NCBI GenBank assembly: GCA_963727255.1 | Contig: CAVSFC010000002.1 | Location: forward strand, 544,001-608,000 | Reading direction: 5' to 3' | Length of the DNA stretch: 64,000 nucleotides | Source: an uncultured bacterium | GTDB lineage: Bacteria > Babelota > Babeliae > Babelales > Vermiphilaceae | Shown here: one piece after another, positions 29,641 through 42,014 of the stretch | Numbering within the stretch: position 1 is the stretch's first letter | How the letters are laid out: each line of letters opens with the position of its first letter | Notes under the pieces: model-generated | The model's input: only the letters and a program-made list of their open reading frames with translations | Told to the model about the DNA's origin: nothing | The model's database searches: none | Position numbers and translations under genes: made by a program

Positions 29641-29671
29641 AATACTAAGCAAGTTTAGTGAGGAAGTTTTT

Positions 29672-30568
29672 ATGAATTGCGGGCTACTTATTTTGGCATT
29701 TTTAATCATTGCAATAAATATCAATGCAGATACAAAAAATCCACCACAAAAAAAGCCATTAGTTTTTATCGATGGTATAAAAGCAGTGGTTCGCGGATCA
29801 GAAGGCACCGATCTTATCATGTCTTCAGAGCTACAACGGCTCAAGCTGGATGGTACCCCTAATAATCTTGAAGAAATGGTAACCAATTATGCCCTGTTCA
29901 ATGAGGCAAAAAAGTATCGCTTATTGCCCACTACAGAAGAAATTGATAAGCAGTGGATGATGAATGCACAGATGAATCGAAAAACTCCCAAAGAGCTTGA
30001 TGATATGGTAATCACCGCAGGATTTCTACCGCAAGAAGCCCGCAATGAATTTGCGCAGATGAATGCGATCAACTCATTAGTAAGTTTTAAAGTAACGGGT
30101 AATTTAATAGTTCCTGAAGCTGATGTAGTTGCGTATTATAATGAAAATCCTGAAATAGAACCGGCAAACTTTTGTGTTGAATTTGCATTCGTTCCCTTTT
30201 CATTTTCACGAACCAAAGAAGAACAATTAAAGCAATGGCAATCGCTTATACGTAAAAAAGATCCGCAGCATATGCTTAAATGGCAAGAGCCTTTTTGGAT
30301 TCGGGAAGATGAATTGGCGGCTGATAAAAAATTTATAAGCCAGTTGGCAATCGGTGAAATTTCTCAGCCAGTTCAAACATTTGAGGGTTTTGAATTTTTT
30401 AGACTCGTTAATAAAAAAGAAGAGCGATTGAAGCCACTTGATGAAAGGTACGGCCAAATTGTTACCATTCTGCGCAAACCAAAATTTCTTGAGCTTATGG
30501 AATCATTTCAAAAGGGGGTTCGAGATAGCGTTTCAGTGATTTATTTTGATCTGCCTCAACAAATTTAG
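29672..30568 (+). CDS. SurA-like periplasmic chaperone / PPIase
   Basis: IDGIKAVV, VPEADVVAYYNENP, LAIGEISQPVQTFEGFEFFRL parvulin-like tail. Confidence 0.75.
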   Translation: MNCGLLILAFLIIAININADTKNPPQKKPLVFIDGIKAVVRGSEGTDLIMSSELQRLKLDGTPNNLEEMVTNYALFNEAKKYRLLPTTEEIDKQWMMNAQMNRKTPKELDDMVITAGFLPQEARNEFAQMNAINSLVSFKVTGNLIVPEADVVAYYNENPEIEPANFCVEFAFVPFSFSRTKEEQLKQWQSLIRKKDPQHMLKWQEPFWIREDELAADKKFISQLAIGEISQPVQTFEGFEFFRLVNKKEERLKPLDERYGQIVTILRKPKFLELMESFQKGVRDSVSVIYFDLPQQI

Positions 30569-30606
30569 CCACTTAAAATAATTATTTTTACAAAAAAGGA
30601 GCAGAG

Positions 30607-30966
30607 ATGCGAGTAACATTAAATAAAAAAGCATATGATTTCGCAATACAAATGATTCATGAAAAAAAATTTGATGATAAACGGGGCAGTGGTGAGGTTG
30701 CTCGCGCGAAGCCATCGAACGAGCAAGAAGAACAATTTTTAAAATCCCATAGTTGGGAAGAGTTTGGAGCTTGGTATTTGGGCGCGCATTATGATCGCCC
30801 TGAAAATACCCGAAACCGATATGAATTTCCGATTGGTGATTTTAATGTAGTGCATCGATCGGATTTGTTGGAGATTCAAAAGCGAGCACATTCTGATCAT
30901 TATGATGATATTGCAAAAGCTGCCCAAGAGTTGGTGGATTTAATAGATAAAAAAACTAAAAAATAA
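30607..30966 (+). CDS. Conserved hypothetical protein
   Basis: AAGGAG RBS; WYLG..RYEFPIGDF..VHR pattern resembles a small bacterial family as I recall it. Confidence 0.75.
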   Translation: MRVTLNKKAYDFAIQMIHEKKFDDKRGSGEVARAKPSNEQEEQFLKSHSWEEFGAWYLGAHYDRPENTRNRYEFPIGDFNVVHRSDLLEIQKRAHSDHYDDIAKAAQELVDLIDKKTKK

Positions 30967-31441
30967 GCATAAAAAGCGCCATTGAGCCCATAATCAGATC
31001 TTCAGCAAGCGTGACATAGGTCATCGGGATTTTAAATACTGCGCCAAGGCATGCACACATAATTTCTCTGCCTTTTGCAAGTTCAATTGCAACGCCGGTA
31101 CTACCAATAATCATGAGAATGAGCGTAATCCAATTGGCGATCCTTACTTGAAAGCGGAATAAATAACATAAGCCAAGTGCCAATTCAATGAACGGATAGG
31201 CGTATGCATAAAGCATGCTGTGCTTAGCAATTAAATCGTATTCCTGATATGCCATAGCAAAACCGGCAAGGTTGATGATTTTAAAAGTGGCAAAAATAAT
31301 AAAAAATGCTGCCATAAAATCAAGCATTGCATTGGTGAGATTGAAACCTGCAGAGAGCTGCCTCGCAATAGTAAATGCGATGACGATGCTTATGATTGTG
31401 ATTAAGGGCAAGAAATTTTTTACGGTATAATGATCGTTCAT
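30956..31441 (-). CDS. MauE/DoxX family membrane protein
   Basis: FAMAYQEYDLIA, YPFIELALG, CACLG, EDLIM. Confidence 0.85.
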   Translation of the reverse strand: MNDHYTVKNFLPLITIISIVIAFTIARQLSAGFNLTNAMLDFMAAFFIIFATFKIINLAGFAMAYQEYDLIAKHSMLYAYAYPFIELALGLCYLFRFQVRIANWITLILMIIGSTGVAIELAKGREIMCACLGAVFKIPMTYVTLAEDLIMGSMALFMLIF

Positions 31442-31567
31442 ACTTTTTCCTTTTCTAGAGGTTTTAGCATTATAATTTGAAAATAATACTTCAAATCATT
31501 GCTGTCGCATACTAAATATTGGCATGATGATACTAGTTTTTTATAAAGCTTAAAATAAGGAGCTTGT

Positions 31568-31726
31568 ATGCCCAGAAGAGCCGATATTAATAAAGATAAA
31601 GGTCGACATTCAAGAAAACATGGGCGTAGAGAACGCATAGAAAGAGAAACCGGAATCGCTTCGCGCGCAATGCCGAAAAGTAAAGCAAAGCCCAAACCTT
31701 CTAAAATAAAAAAGAATCAGGAGTAA
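31568..31726 (+). CDS. Small highly basic protein (52 aa), absent from the ORF track
   Basis: AAGGAG RBS 5 nt upstream; MPRRADINKDKGRHSRKHGRRERIERETGIASRAMPKSKAKPKPSKIKKNQE; stop 3 nt before the VKOR start. Confidence 0.6.
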   Translation: MPRRADINKDKGRHSRKHGRRERIERETGIASRAMPKSKAKPKPSKIKKNQE

Positions 31727-31729
31727 TAT

Positions 31730-32119
31730 ATGATTTCTATTTTAATCCTAGCCGTTATAGGTTTTTGTATTTCTCTCTATACGTATCTGCTTGAGCAAAA
31801 AATTAAAGTGCAGCCCAACTATAAACCAGCCTGCGATCTTTCTGATCGCGTTTCATGCACTAAACCAATGAAAAGCCGGTATGCGGCGATTTTTTATTTT
31901 TCTAATGCCATTATTGGCGCTGCATACTATCTTATGATCATTGTAGTTGCACTCTTGAACATGCACTCGTTACTTCTTTTTGCAACTGTCTGTGGTTGTT
32001 TGTTTTCGGCTTTGATGGCCTATTTGCTCTATTTCAAAATTAAATCATTATGCCTTTTGTGCACAGCTCTCTATATCATTAATATATTGTTGTTATTGTT
32101 AGCAATTCGTTATCGTTGA
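31730..32119 (+). CDS. Vitamin K epoxide reductase (VKOR) family protein
   Basis: CDLSDRVSCTKPMKSRY loop cysteines, NAIIG, CLLC active site in TM4. Confidence 0.9.
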   Translation: MISILILAVIGFCISLYTYLLEQKIKVQPNYKPACDLSDRVSCTKPMKSRYAAIFYFSNAIIGAAYYLMIIVVALLNMHSLLLFATVCGCLFSALMAYLLYFKIKSLCLLCTALYIINILLLLLAIRYR

Positions 32120-32126
32120 GCTTGCT

Positions 32127-32711
32127 ATGTTGAAAACAAATCGTAAAGCCGATTATCCGGTTCTTGAATTAATTCTGAGCCGTTGGTCGGCCCGTTCATT
32201 TTCGGATGAGCCGGTTTCTGATCAAGAATTAATGACCATGTTTGATGCGGCTCGCTGGGCTCAAAATTCCTATAATAATCAGCCTTGGCGCTATATCTAT
32301 GCGCGTAATGGATCCGCCCATTGGCAGAAGTTCTTAAACTTATTAGCTCCGGCCAATCAACTGTGGGCCCAACGAGCTCAAGTTTTATTGCTTTTGGTTT
32401 CTAAAAAGACCTTCGATTATAACAGCGCACCAAGTAAAACACATACGTTTGATACGGGTGCTTCTGCGCAGCTGCTGGCATTGCAGGCGGCCAGCATGAA
32501 TATTGTATGCCACGGCATGGAGGGGTTTGATTACGAACGTGCGCGCACAGAACTAAAGGTCCCCGATGGCTATACGGTAGAAGCCATGTTTGCGATCGGA
32601 AAATTAGGTAAAAAAGAAGATTTACCGGAAAAATTCCAAAAATCTGAAACTCCTTCAGGGCGCAAACCACTCAAAGAATGTATTGCGGAAGGTGAATTCA
32701 AATTTGAATAA
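32127..32711 (+). CDS. Nitroreductase family protein
   Basis: RWSARSF, AARWAQNSYNNQPWRY, FDTGAS, HGMEGFD. Confidence 0.93.
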   Translation: MLKTNRKADYPVLELILSRWSARSFSDEPVSDQELMTMFDAARWAQNSYNNQPWRYIYARNGSAHWQKFLNLLAPANQLWAQRAQVLLLLVSKKTFDYNSAPSKTHTFDTGASAQLLALQAASMNIVCHGMEGFDYERARTELKVPDGYTVEAMFAIGKLGKKEDLPEKFQKSETPSGRKPLKECIAEGEFKFE

Positions 32712-32712
32712 T

Positions 32713-32936
32713 ATGAATTCATGGATGATAAGTAATAATAAATATAATAAAAATAAAATCTTGCATGATTTGAGCTGTCTATGCTGGTTTGTTGATAAGC
32801 ATGCGCTTGATGAGGCAAAAAAAATCAAATGAACCAAGAATTTGTCCGGAGTCTTGAAAAGTTACAGCAAGATCTTGATAAGCATATTTCTGATTTCGAT
32901 GCATCGCTCTTTGTGAGCGGCGTATGCAAAAAATAA
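32713..32936 (+). CDS. Small hypothetical protein, one frameshift near an A-run
   Basis: Starts 1 nt after the nitroreductase stop; NKILHDLSCLCWFVDKHA continues in another frame as EFVRSLEKLQQDLDKH. Confidence 0.45.
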
Positions 32937-33101
32937 AAAGCAGCCTGCTAAGGTCTTGAAAAAATTACCTTTCCAAGCAAGGCAACTCAATTCCATACAA
33001 TTTCAAATAGTAAATATTTTTATTGATAAAATGCATAGTAAATTTGACACTTTTCCTTTTTGATCTATATTAAAAATAATACTATTCTAAATGGAGTTTT
33101 T

Positions 33102-33905
33102 ATGAAATTGCAAAAGTTGTTTTCGCTTCTCTCTCTATCGCTTTTAATTCCCCAGGGGCTCGTTCATGCATCGCACTATCCATTATCCTATGAATCCCAA
33201 CAATCAGTAAAGAATGCATCATTAATTGGTGGATTAGTAGGTGGCGCGCTTGGTTTAGCAGCCGGTTGTTACAAACAAAGCCAAGATCCTGCCACTCAAA
33301 ATAAAACTATGTGGGAAAAGATTAAATCATTCCCGTGGCATTATGCCATCATTCCTGCGGTGATTGGTGCCGTTGGTTCTGGTCTTATCAGTTATTATTA
33401 TGTACCAGAGAAATATTTAGAATCCGCTGAAAAACAGCTGAATTCAATTGAACATGATGTGATCTTCAATACGGCTATAGGTTCAAATGAAGTGAGTGAT
33501 CTTAAGAAATTAGCATTCGATTCTCAATATCCCACCCTGAAATCATATGGGCAGGTAGAATCCCTCTTATCCAAAATAAGATCAATAAAAGATTATCTAA
33601 TTACTGTGATAAATTCTGGAATTAATCCATTAGTGAATATAGCGCAAGCGGCTTTGGCTAAAATTAAATCGGCTGAAGAAAAATTGATTTCTATGATGAT
33701 CAAGCTTAAAACCGATGGTTCTTATCATCAAGAATTAGTAACACGAAATACCATAAATCATATGCAGGAAGTTGCATTTCAGCAAGGGCGTATGGCTGCT
33801 GCTGCTGAGAGCCAAGCCAGAGCGGCATGGCATTCAGCACATAATGCCCCTCAGGTAGTAGTGCGCACTGCTAACTCGCCAGATATTGTCATTGTAAAAA
33901 GATAA
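33102..33905 (+). CDS. Secreted/membrane hypothetical protein with glycine-zipper-like TM segments
   Basis: GGAG RBS; signal peptide ending VHA; GGLVGGALGLAAG. Confidence 0.8.
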   Translation: MKLQKLFSLLSLSLLIPQGLVHASHYPLSYESQQSVKNASLIGGLVGGALGLAAGCYKQSQDPATQNKTMWEKIKSFPWHYAIIPAVIGAVGSGLISYYYVPEKYLESAEKQLNSIEHDVIFNTAIGSNEVSDLKKLAFDSQYPTLKSYGQVESLLSKIRSIKDYLITVINSGINPLVNIAQAALAKIKSAEEKLISMMIKLKTDGSYHQELVTRNTINHMQEVAFQQGRMAAAAESQARAAWHSAHNAPQVVVRTANSPDIVIVKR

Positions 33906-33913
33906 GTGTTTTT

Positions 33914-34432
33914 ATGAAAAGGTTTATTGTATCTTTCTCGCTCTTGAGTTTTGCTTTTTGTGTGACTGCAGAAACACAATCTCAGCAAATGTATTCAGCC
34001 AACGGGCAAAAGCTCGCTGAATTTGATCAGCAAACGATGAGCAAGTTAGTAAAAGGCATCTCAGGATATCATGAAGATGTTTTGGTAGAAGGTTATTGGG
34101 CCACATCCCCATTAGTAGAACAAGATACTTATGATGGCAAATATCCATTTCCAATAGCGTATAAAGAGCCATGGCCGGGCAAACAAGAATTTCTTGAAAA
34201 ACTGACATTGATCGAGGATTCAAATAAAGTGCAATTAGTGTGCATGAGAGGATCTTCTCCTTCTCGCCTTGAATCATGTTTTGTAGGAAATTCGGAATTC
34301 CATTTTGCAGATGGCCGGTGTACCATCATATGGACCGATGCATTTGGCCCGCATTATGTTGCAAAATATAACGTGAAGCCATCACACGAATTTTATGATT
34401 TTGTAATGAATCTGGTATTAGAGATTCATTAA
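33914..34432 (+). CDS. Secreted hypothetical protein
   Basis: Signal peptide; EGYW..YPFP..W..K.EFL.KL..RG.S.SR..GN.EF..W..HY..YNVKPS.EF. Confidence 0.8.
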   Translation: MKRFIVSFSLLSFAFCVTAETQSQQMYSANGQKLAEFDQQTMSKLVKGISGYHEDVLVEGYWATSPLVEQDTYDGKYPFPIAYKEPWPGKQEFLEKLTLIEDSNKVQLVCMRGSSPSRLESCFVGNSEFHFADGRCTIIWTDAFGPHYVAKYNVKPSHEFYDFVMNLVLEIH

Positions 34433-34467
34433 TTAGAGTTCATTAAAATGATAGAGGGCTCACAGGT

Positions 34468-35711
34468 CTATTCAGCTTGTGAGTTTTCTTTTTGGGATTC
34501 TACATAAAGATCCATAGCTTTTTCAATCAACTCATCTTTCTTATCTTTGAGTTCAGGCTTTGATAAAAAATAGGTACCCAGCAAGGTTGGCAGATCCATA
34601 TCAACTTTCATGGAAGCCCGGCGATCGCGTGAATCAGGTTTGCGAATTGGGATAATCCCAACCAAATACATTGCCGATGAGCATGCTCGTTCAACTGCCT
34701 TGATATCAACTGTATCTTTTCTTCCGGCTGGGATGTGATAGATAATTTTTATCACTGCATCAGTAATTTCATATTTTTCAAGTTCAGCAAGAATTTGCTC
34801 AGTCTGATCGAGGCCAGGTTCCAGATAGACTTCAAGCTTGAATAAATGGGCGCGTCGGCGTTTTTATAAATTCGTGATACGTTTTGCCTTTTTTTTCGAT
34901 ACTCACCAGGCAAAATCCTTTATCTTCTTTGCGTTCACCAAAATCCACCCGTTCAATAGAGCCTGAATAAATAATTGCCGGATATCCGTTAGGATTCAAA
35001 TTTTGATATCGATGCAGATGCCCGAGTGCAACATAATCAAAAGGTTCAATTGCCAATTGTGAAGGCAAGAACGTCGGATCATTGCCATAAATTGCGCGTT
35101 TTTCAGAGCCGGAAAATATTCCTGAAGCTACCGTTAAATGGCCAGCAAGAACTGCCGGAATTTCCGGATCTAGTTTGCGCGCATAATCATTAATAATGTT
35201 TGCAACTGCATTGGCAATATATTCCGTGATTTCCAAACCAGTTTTATAGAGATGTTGATTACTCATAATGATATGTGTTGCGTGTTGGCCACGGGATACC
35301 AACAATATTAATCAGGCCATTTTTAGTTTTTAGTGGCAGAATGGTTGGCTTGGCAATAACATGAAATCCATCAAGCGGCAGATCTTGAAAAATATCAAGG
35401 CTATTGGCTTTGCCAAAGCTGAGCGGATTATCATGATTGCCAACAACAATCACCACGGGAATTTTTGCTTTGAATAAACGCATCAAACAATTGAAGAACA
35501 GTTTTTGCTGCGTAGGGCTTGGATGCGCCGTTTTATACGCATCGCCGCTAAACAAAAAAAAATCTACATTATGCGCAATTGCCTGATCAATGCAAAAATT
35601 GAGTGCTTTTTGAAAATCGAGCAAACGCGAATGGATACCAGTTTTGGGATCAATGCGGCCATAATTTTCCATTCCAAAATGAATATCAGCGGTGTGTATA
35701 AAACGAATCAC
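34468..35711 (-). CDS. sbcD: Exonuclease SbcCD subunit D, split by two indels
   Basis: HTADIHFG, SGDAY, VGNHD, YVALGHLH, YSGSIERVDFGE across three ORFs. Confidence 0.9.
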
Positions 35712-35733
35712 ACTTTTTCCTTGAAGGGCTTGC

Positions 35734-35779
35734 CCGCCGAAGCTTGCCAAGCCGGTAGGCCTGGATAAGCGTAGGCTGG
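35734..35779. repeat. Palindromic repeat family A copy between glmU and sbcD
   Basis: 41/46 nt identical to 5364-5409. Confidence 0.85.
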
Positions 35780-35780
35780 G

Positions 35781-37254
35781 TTATGAAGGCTCAGATGTAT
35801 CATTATTTTTCGTTTTGAGTGCACCAACAAATGAATGAAGCGGTCCAGAAGTATGCGCGCCGGTTTCGGGGTTTTTAATATCGCGCAATTGATGCGCATA
35901 TCCTTCTTTATTCACTTGCCTTGCACGTGAAATTGCAAGCGCTGCCGCAGGAACATTTTCACTAATTACTGATCCGGCGGCCGTATAGGCATCCCGCTCA
36001 ATTACCACTGGGGCAATAAGGGTATTATTGCTTCCAATAAATGCATTATCATGAATAATGGTTTGATGTTTAGTTAATCCATTATAATTGCAGGTAATTG
36101 TACCGGCGCCGATATTGACATTAGAACCAATTTGCGCATCTCCCAAATAGGCCAAATGTTTTGCCTTGGTTCCTTTGCCAATAGTGCTTTTTTTAACTTC
36201 GACAAAATTGCCCAAAATAACCTGCTCGCCAATTGCCGAATGTTCTCTAATATGCGCGAAGGGCCCTATTTGCGATAATGCGCCAACGGATGAATCTTTA
36301 ATAATGCAATGGGGTAAAATGTCGCACCCATCGCCTAAATGGCTTGCTTCAATCGATGCGAATTCCTGAATGCGGCAATTTTTACCCAGAATGCTTCCTT
36401 TGAGTAAATGTACGCCACACCCGATATAGCTTCCCGACCCGATGGTTACATCCAGATCGATATGAACATTTTGAGCGATAGAAAAATGTACTCCTTTTTC
36501 CATCCAATATTTAATAAGTTCTGCACGTTTAATCTGTTCAGCTGCCCACAATTCTTGGAGCGTATTGATCCCGCGAATCCGATCAAACGGCGCCGAGGTG
36601 GTTGTAACAGTTCTTTTTTGATCACTTGCTATTTTAATCAGATCGGTAATGTAAAATTCTCTGAGTTGTCTCATTTTGACTAATATCTTTTATGCATTGT
36701 TGTAAAAATTGTTTACGAACCAGATAAATACCGGCATTGATGCAGCAATGTTCATTTGCATCACCATCAAAATCACGTGCTTCTACAATCTTGATTGAGT
36801 CGCCAGTTTTTACGACGCGGCCATATCCGCCGGTTGCAGGATCAGCATTATGCGCTGTGACAAAACTGATATCCGCATGTGTAGCCAAATGCTTTTCATA
36901 AAGGCTTTCAATGATTTGGGTTGTAACCAGAGGTACATCGCCATTCATAATAAGAATATGCTCACGATCCCAAATCGGTTGCGTGCACATTAATGCATGG
37001 CCAGTGCCACACTGCTCTTCTTGGATTACAAAATTGATGGCATTATGATGATGACGGGTAATAGTTTCTTTGATTGCATCTTTTTGGTATCCCACTACTA
37101 CGGCGATTGGCACGCTCAATTGTTCGAGTAAGCGGGTAGTATATAATATCATTTCTTGACCGCAAATTTTTTCTAATAGTTTTGTTCTGCCGGTATTAAA
37201 GCGGGTAGATTTTCCCGCGGCAAGAATAATTGCTTGAGCTTTATTTGAAAACAT
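35781..37254 (-). CDS. glmU: Bifunctional GlmU, one frameshift near 36660
   Basis: ILAAGKSTR, EQCGTGHA, NGDVPL, GYGRV; EFYITDLI, GPFAHIR, GNFVEVKKS, HLAYLGDA, GAGTITCNYNG. Confidence 0.95.
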
Positions 37255-37500
37255 AAATCTCCTTTCATTGGAAATGGTAATGCACTGATGATTGCAGGCA
37301 GAAAAATTCTACCACATCCTCTGGCTAAGTCTATGAGGTGCATTTTTTGGTAAATTACTAACTTTTTTCTGTTTTAACGTGAGGATAGCCAGTGCTGAGT
37401 GTATCGAATGAACGCAATTAAATAAAAGATTTTTTGCAAAAAAATGAATGACTTATACACTATATAGTGCGTTAATACTTAATATCAATCGATTTAAAGC

Positions 37501-37592
37501 GGAGAGATGGCTGAGTGGTCGAAAGCGGCCGCCTCGAAAGCGGCTATTCTATGTAAATGGAATCGAGGGTTCGAATCCCTCTCTCTCCTCCA
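37501..37592 (+). tRNA. tRNA-Ser(CGA)
   Basis: GGAGAGA/TCTCTCC acceptor stem, anticodon arm gccgc-ctCGAaa-gcggc, long variable arm, GGTTCGAATCC T-arm, encoded CCA. Confidence 0.96.
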
Positions 37593-37595
37593 GTC

Positions 37596-37738
37596 TCCGC
37601 CCCAAAGGGCTACGCCTGGCTGCGCCATCACTTAAAGAAATACCATCAAAGCTTGATAGCGCGATGCGGAGACTGCCCGGCGAAGCAGCAACTTCTTTAG
37701 TTATTGACATTAAATGAAGTGGAAGCGAAGCCTGGGCA
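37596..37738. repeat. Family A-like palindromic elements directly 3' of tRNA-Ser
   Basis: ctccgccccaaagggctacg and tgcccggcgaagc...gcgaagcctgggca have the same stem/internal-loop layout as 35734. Confidence 0.6.
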
Positions 37739-37819
37739 ACCAAGCTTCGATCGGCAGTGCCAGCACTTAGGGAATAATTGTAAATAAAGAAAATTGGATA
37801 GCGTAGATAGGATTAATAC

Positions 37820-39072
37820 ATGATAATGCGAAACATAAGATTTTTACTGGGAATACTACTCGTATTAACCGTCTCAAACTCTCTGGAAGCGATGGTTTTT
37901 GATAATCGCTATTTTCCGCTCATTCAGTATCCCTATATTAGTTTTCCCGGAAGAGAATCGCATCTGACCGGCTGATTTTTTTATAACAACCGCGAGCAAC
38001 GCTGCCGATGATCGGGATCGCGCAATCGGCATAGCAGAACTTTCAGGGCCTTTTGATCAATCGCAACTGGCATATTCGATGATGTTGGCAGGCTTTCCAA
38101 ATCCTCTGCCACCCGATTTTGATTGATGGTGAATTGCCATGGATATTTACGAGGCAAATTGCAAACGCAAGGATTTGCATTTTCATATCGCCAATATCTT
38201 AACTGCAATTTTTCAGTTGGTATCTTGGGTTTTGCAATGCGCTCTAATTCATATATTGATTTTCTATTTAATCAATCAAAGGCTTCATCATTGTCGGCTA
38301 TTTTAACTGAAAGTGCTATTTTAGAATTGGATGATACGCGTCGCGCCATGTTGGCAACGCTTGGCTTAGCATGCAACCATGTGCATCAAGCAGGTTTTGG
38401 CGATACTGAAATTTATGCGCGGTGGTTTGATCGCTATGAATATTATTTTAAATTGCGCTCATTAGAATATGCTCTTAGATTGGGGCTTTTAATCCCGACG
38501 GGCGTTAAACGAGAAATAAATAAACCGGCATCGGTTCCCTTTGGCGGCAATGGGCATTGGGGGGTATATGTAAGTGGCGATGGAGAATTTGAAATCAAAG
38601 AGGATTGGAAAGTGGGAGTTTTATTGCGTGTGAGCAAACGATTTGCCCGCACTCGCAATGAAACGGATGCCGGTCGATAAAGAGCCACAAATTTTTGGCG
38701 TGGTAACCGGACTTGCAAAAATAGATCCAGGTTTCACGGAAATATTTTGCGATTTATGGCCAAATGGAAGGATTACGAGAAGGATTTGGTTTGCGTTTGC
38801 AATATACTTTGATTAATCATAATCAAGATAATTGGACTGATGAGCGAGTGGATAAAACTATTCCCGTTAACTTAGAACCGGTTGATCAACGATCAGGATG
38901 GGCATCTGAATATATCACGCTCTCAGCATTTTATGATTTTGAAAAAACCTCGCGAGAATGTGCAAATAAGCCAATCGTGCGCGCAGCATGGGATATTCCA
39001 TTTACTTTGCTTGTTGGCCATCGATTTGTTCACTCATACAAAGTATCATTAGGATTAGAATTTAATTTTTAA
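37820..39072 (+). CDS. Probable outer-membrane beta-barrel protein, split by indels
   Basis: Signal peptide ending SLEA; amphipathic beta strands; GFGDTE...LGLLIPTG; C-terminal YKVSLGLEFNF with terminal Phe. Confidence 0.65.
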
Positions 39073-40132
<1,060 letters not shown>

Positions 40133-40139
40133 GGAATTT

Positions 40140-40929
40140 ATGGCACAATCCACGGAATTCCCTTAAAAAAAAATACGGCCAGCATTTTTTGCGCGATCAG
40201 CGAGTGGTTGAGCATATGCTTGAGCAGGTTGATTTAACGGCGCAAAGCAGTGTTTTAGAAATTGGTTGTGGAGATGGATTTTTAACGCAAGAAATTGTTA
40301 AACATCCATTTGCGCGATTTTGGATTTTTGAAATTGATCCTCAATGGGCGGGCTTTGTAAAAAATGCCGTTCGTGATAAACGGCTTGAGATGTATGAAGA
40401 AAATATTTTAGATGTTGATTTTACACGTTTTGAGCCGTATAAGCCATGGACGGTTCTTTCTAATTTGCCGTATCAGATTACGTTTCCTATTTTGCATCTT
40501 TTTCAAAAAAATCGTGATCTATTCAAAGAAGGGGTGATCATGATTCAAGAAGAGGTTGCGCAAAAAATTGTAAAAACATCCGGACGGGGATATGGATTCC
40601 CCTCATTATTTTTCCAATATTATTTTGAATGGAAGTTGTTGCAAAAAGTACCACCCGGAGCTTTTCTCCCGCCTCCAAAAGTATATTCACGATTGCTTTA
40701 TTTTAAGCCCAAAAAAAATCTGGTTCCAATTCCTGATGAAGAAGAATTTTGGCAATTTATTAAACATTGCTTTGCGCAACCACGCCGAACCCTGAGGAAT
40801 AATCTGCAACAGTATCATTATAATTTAATTCATTTTTCTGATCAGACATTGGCACTTCGTGCGCAGCAGATGAGCATGCAAGATCTCATCGATATGTGGA
40901 AGTTGGTTAAGAGTTTTACTGAAAAATGA
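40140..40929 (+). CDS. rsmA: 16S rRNA dimethyltransferase RsmA/KsgA (5' end frameshifted)
   Basis: YGQHFLRD, VLEIGCGDGFLT, SNLPYQIT, MIQEEVA, FLPPPKVYS, FAQPRRTLRNN. Confidence 0.93.
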
Positions 40930-40997
40930 TTTTCATAGAATGCGTATCAATAACATTGCAATGATAATAGCGATGCCTTAAATAAAAAGGAGTAAAC

Positions 40998-41783
40998 ATG
41001 CAAATCAAGAACTTGGCCATAGCATTGCTTGCAATTTCGAATATACTATGCCTCTTTATAATTATTGGGCAAAAAACCAAGCTTCACTCAAATTATAACG
41101 CTGATCCCTTCGTTACCACCGCATTCTATGATAAAGAGATGCTAGGAGCATTAAAAGAAAATTTGATGGGGATGTACAATATTTCTGAAGCAACATGCGG
41201 AGCAGCCGTAGGTCTTTCAAAAAAGAGTTGTATTGTCGGAACAGCTCGATTCGATATGGCATGCTTGTTGCGAGGATCGAGAAAGATAGCATGGGCAACA
41301 TTACAAGATGTTAAAAGCGAACTAATTGGTGAATATTCTACATTTGCCCAACTTGCCCAAGCAGAAAATATTAAAGAGATGGATGGTGTATCATATCGCC
41401 CCGAAGATAAACGGAACGCTTTATTGTTCATAAAGCAAAAAATATTTTATGAACGCAACGATTTTCGAGCTAATGATTACCTGCGAGGTTATTTACTTGG
41501 GTATAATATTAAAGACATTGAATTCTTTTACAAACGATGGGCTTTCATGATGAATCGAAGCGTGGAACTGCTTTCTTCGGTTCCGGGTTCCTATGTTGAA
41601 TTTTCTCCGGAACTTAAAAAGCAGTTCGAACAGTATATAAAAGAGGGTTGGCCAGGAACAACAAGCCAAATGAGATATGAGTCTGAAAAAAATGATGCGC
41701 TGAAATGGCTTGAAGAGAATAAAAATTTTAGCGACGAGCAACTTTATGAACAAATACAAGAACTCAAGAAAGTGGCTGCCTAA
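40998..41783 (+). CDS. Hypothetical protein with N-terminal membrane anchor
   Basis: AAGGAG RBS; 261-aa ORF; GYLLGYxxxDIEFFY motif. Confidence 0.78.
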   Translation: MQIKNLAIALLAISNILCLFIIIGQKTKLHSNYNADPFVTTAFYDKEMLGALKENLMGMYNISEATCGAAVGLSKKSCIVGTARFDMACLLRGSRKIAWATLQDVKSELIGEYSTFAQLAQAENIKEMDGVSYRPEDKRNALLFIKQKIFYERNDFRANDYLRGYLLGYNIKDIEFFYKRWAFMMNRSVELLSSVPGSYVEFSPELKKQFEQYIKEGWPGTTSQMRYESEKNDALKWLEENKNFSDEQLYEQIQELKKVAA

Positions 41784-41828
41784 CCATTGCTTATTTAACG
41801 TGAACTCAATCTAAGAAATTTTACCTAT

Positions 41829-41957
41829 GTCCGCTCGTGGTGAGTGATTGCGAAGCAATCGTATCGAACCATGCGGACGGCAGAATTCATTTTATTATTC
41901 AAAAGGCCGCATAGATTCGATACGCCTTATTTCATTCGGCTACTCACTACGAGCGAC
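41829..41957. repeat. Palindromic repeat family B (inverted pair)
   Basis: gtccgctcgtggtgagt...tatcgaacc / ttcgata...actcactacgagcgac between convergent genes. Confidence 0.8.
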
Positions 41958-42014
41958 CTGAAGAAATTGTGTCTAAACTAAAGCTTTTTTATGAATTCTT
42001 AGGTCGGACTTGCA

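Noticed and set aside
37501..37800. Genomic island integrated at tRNA-Ser
   Set aside because: No integrase and no duplicated tRNA 3' end seen; flanks are core genes.
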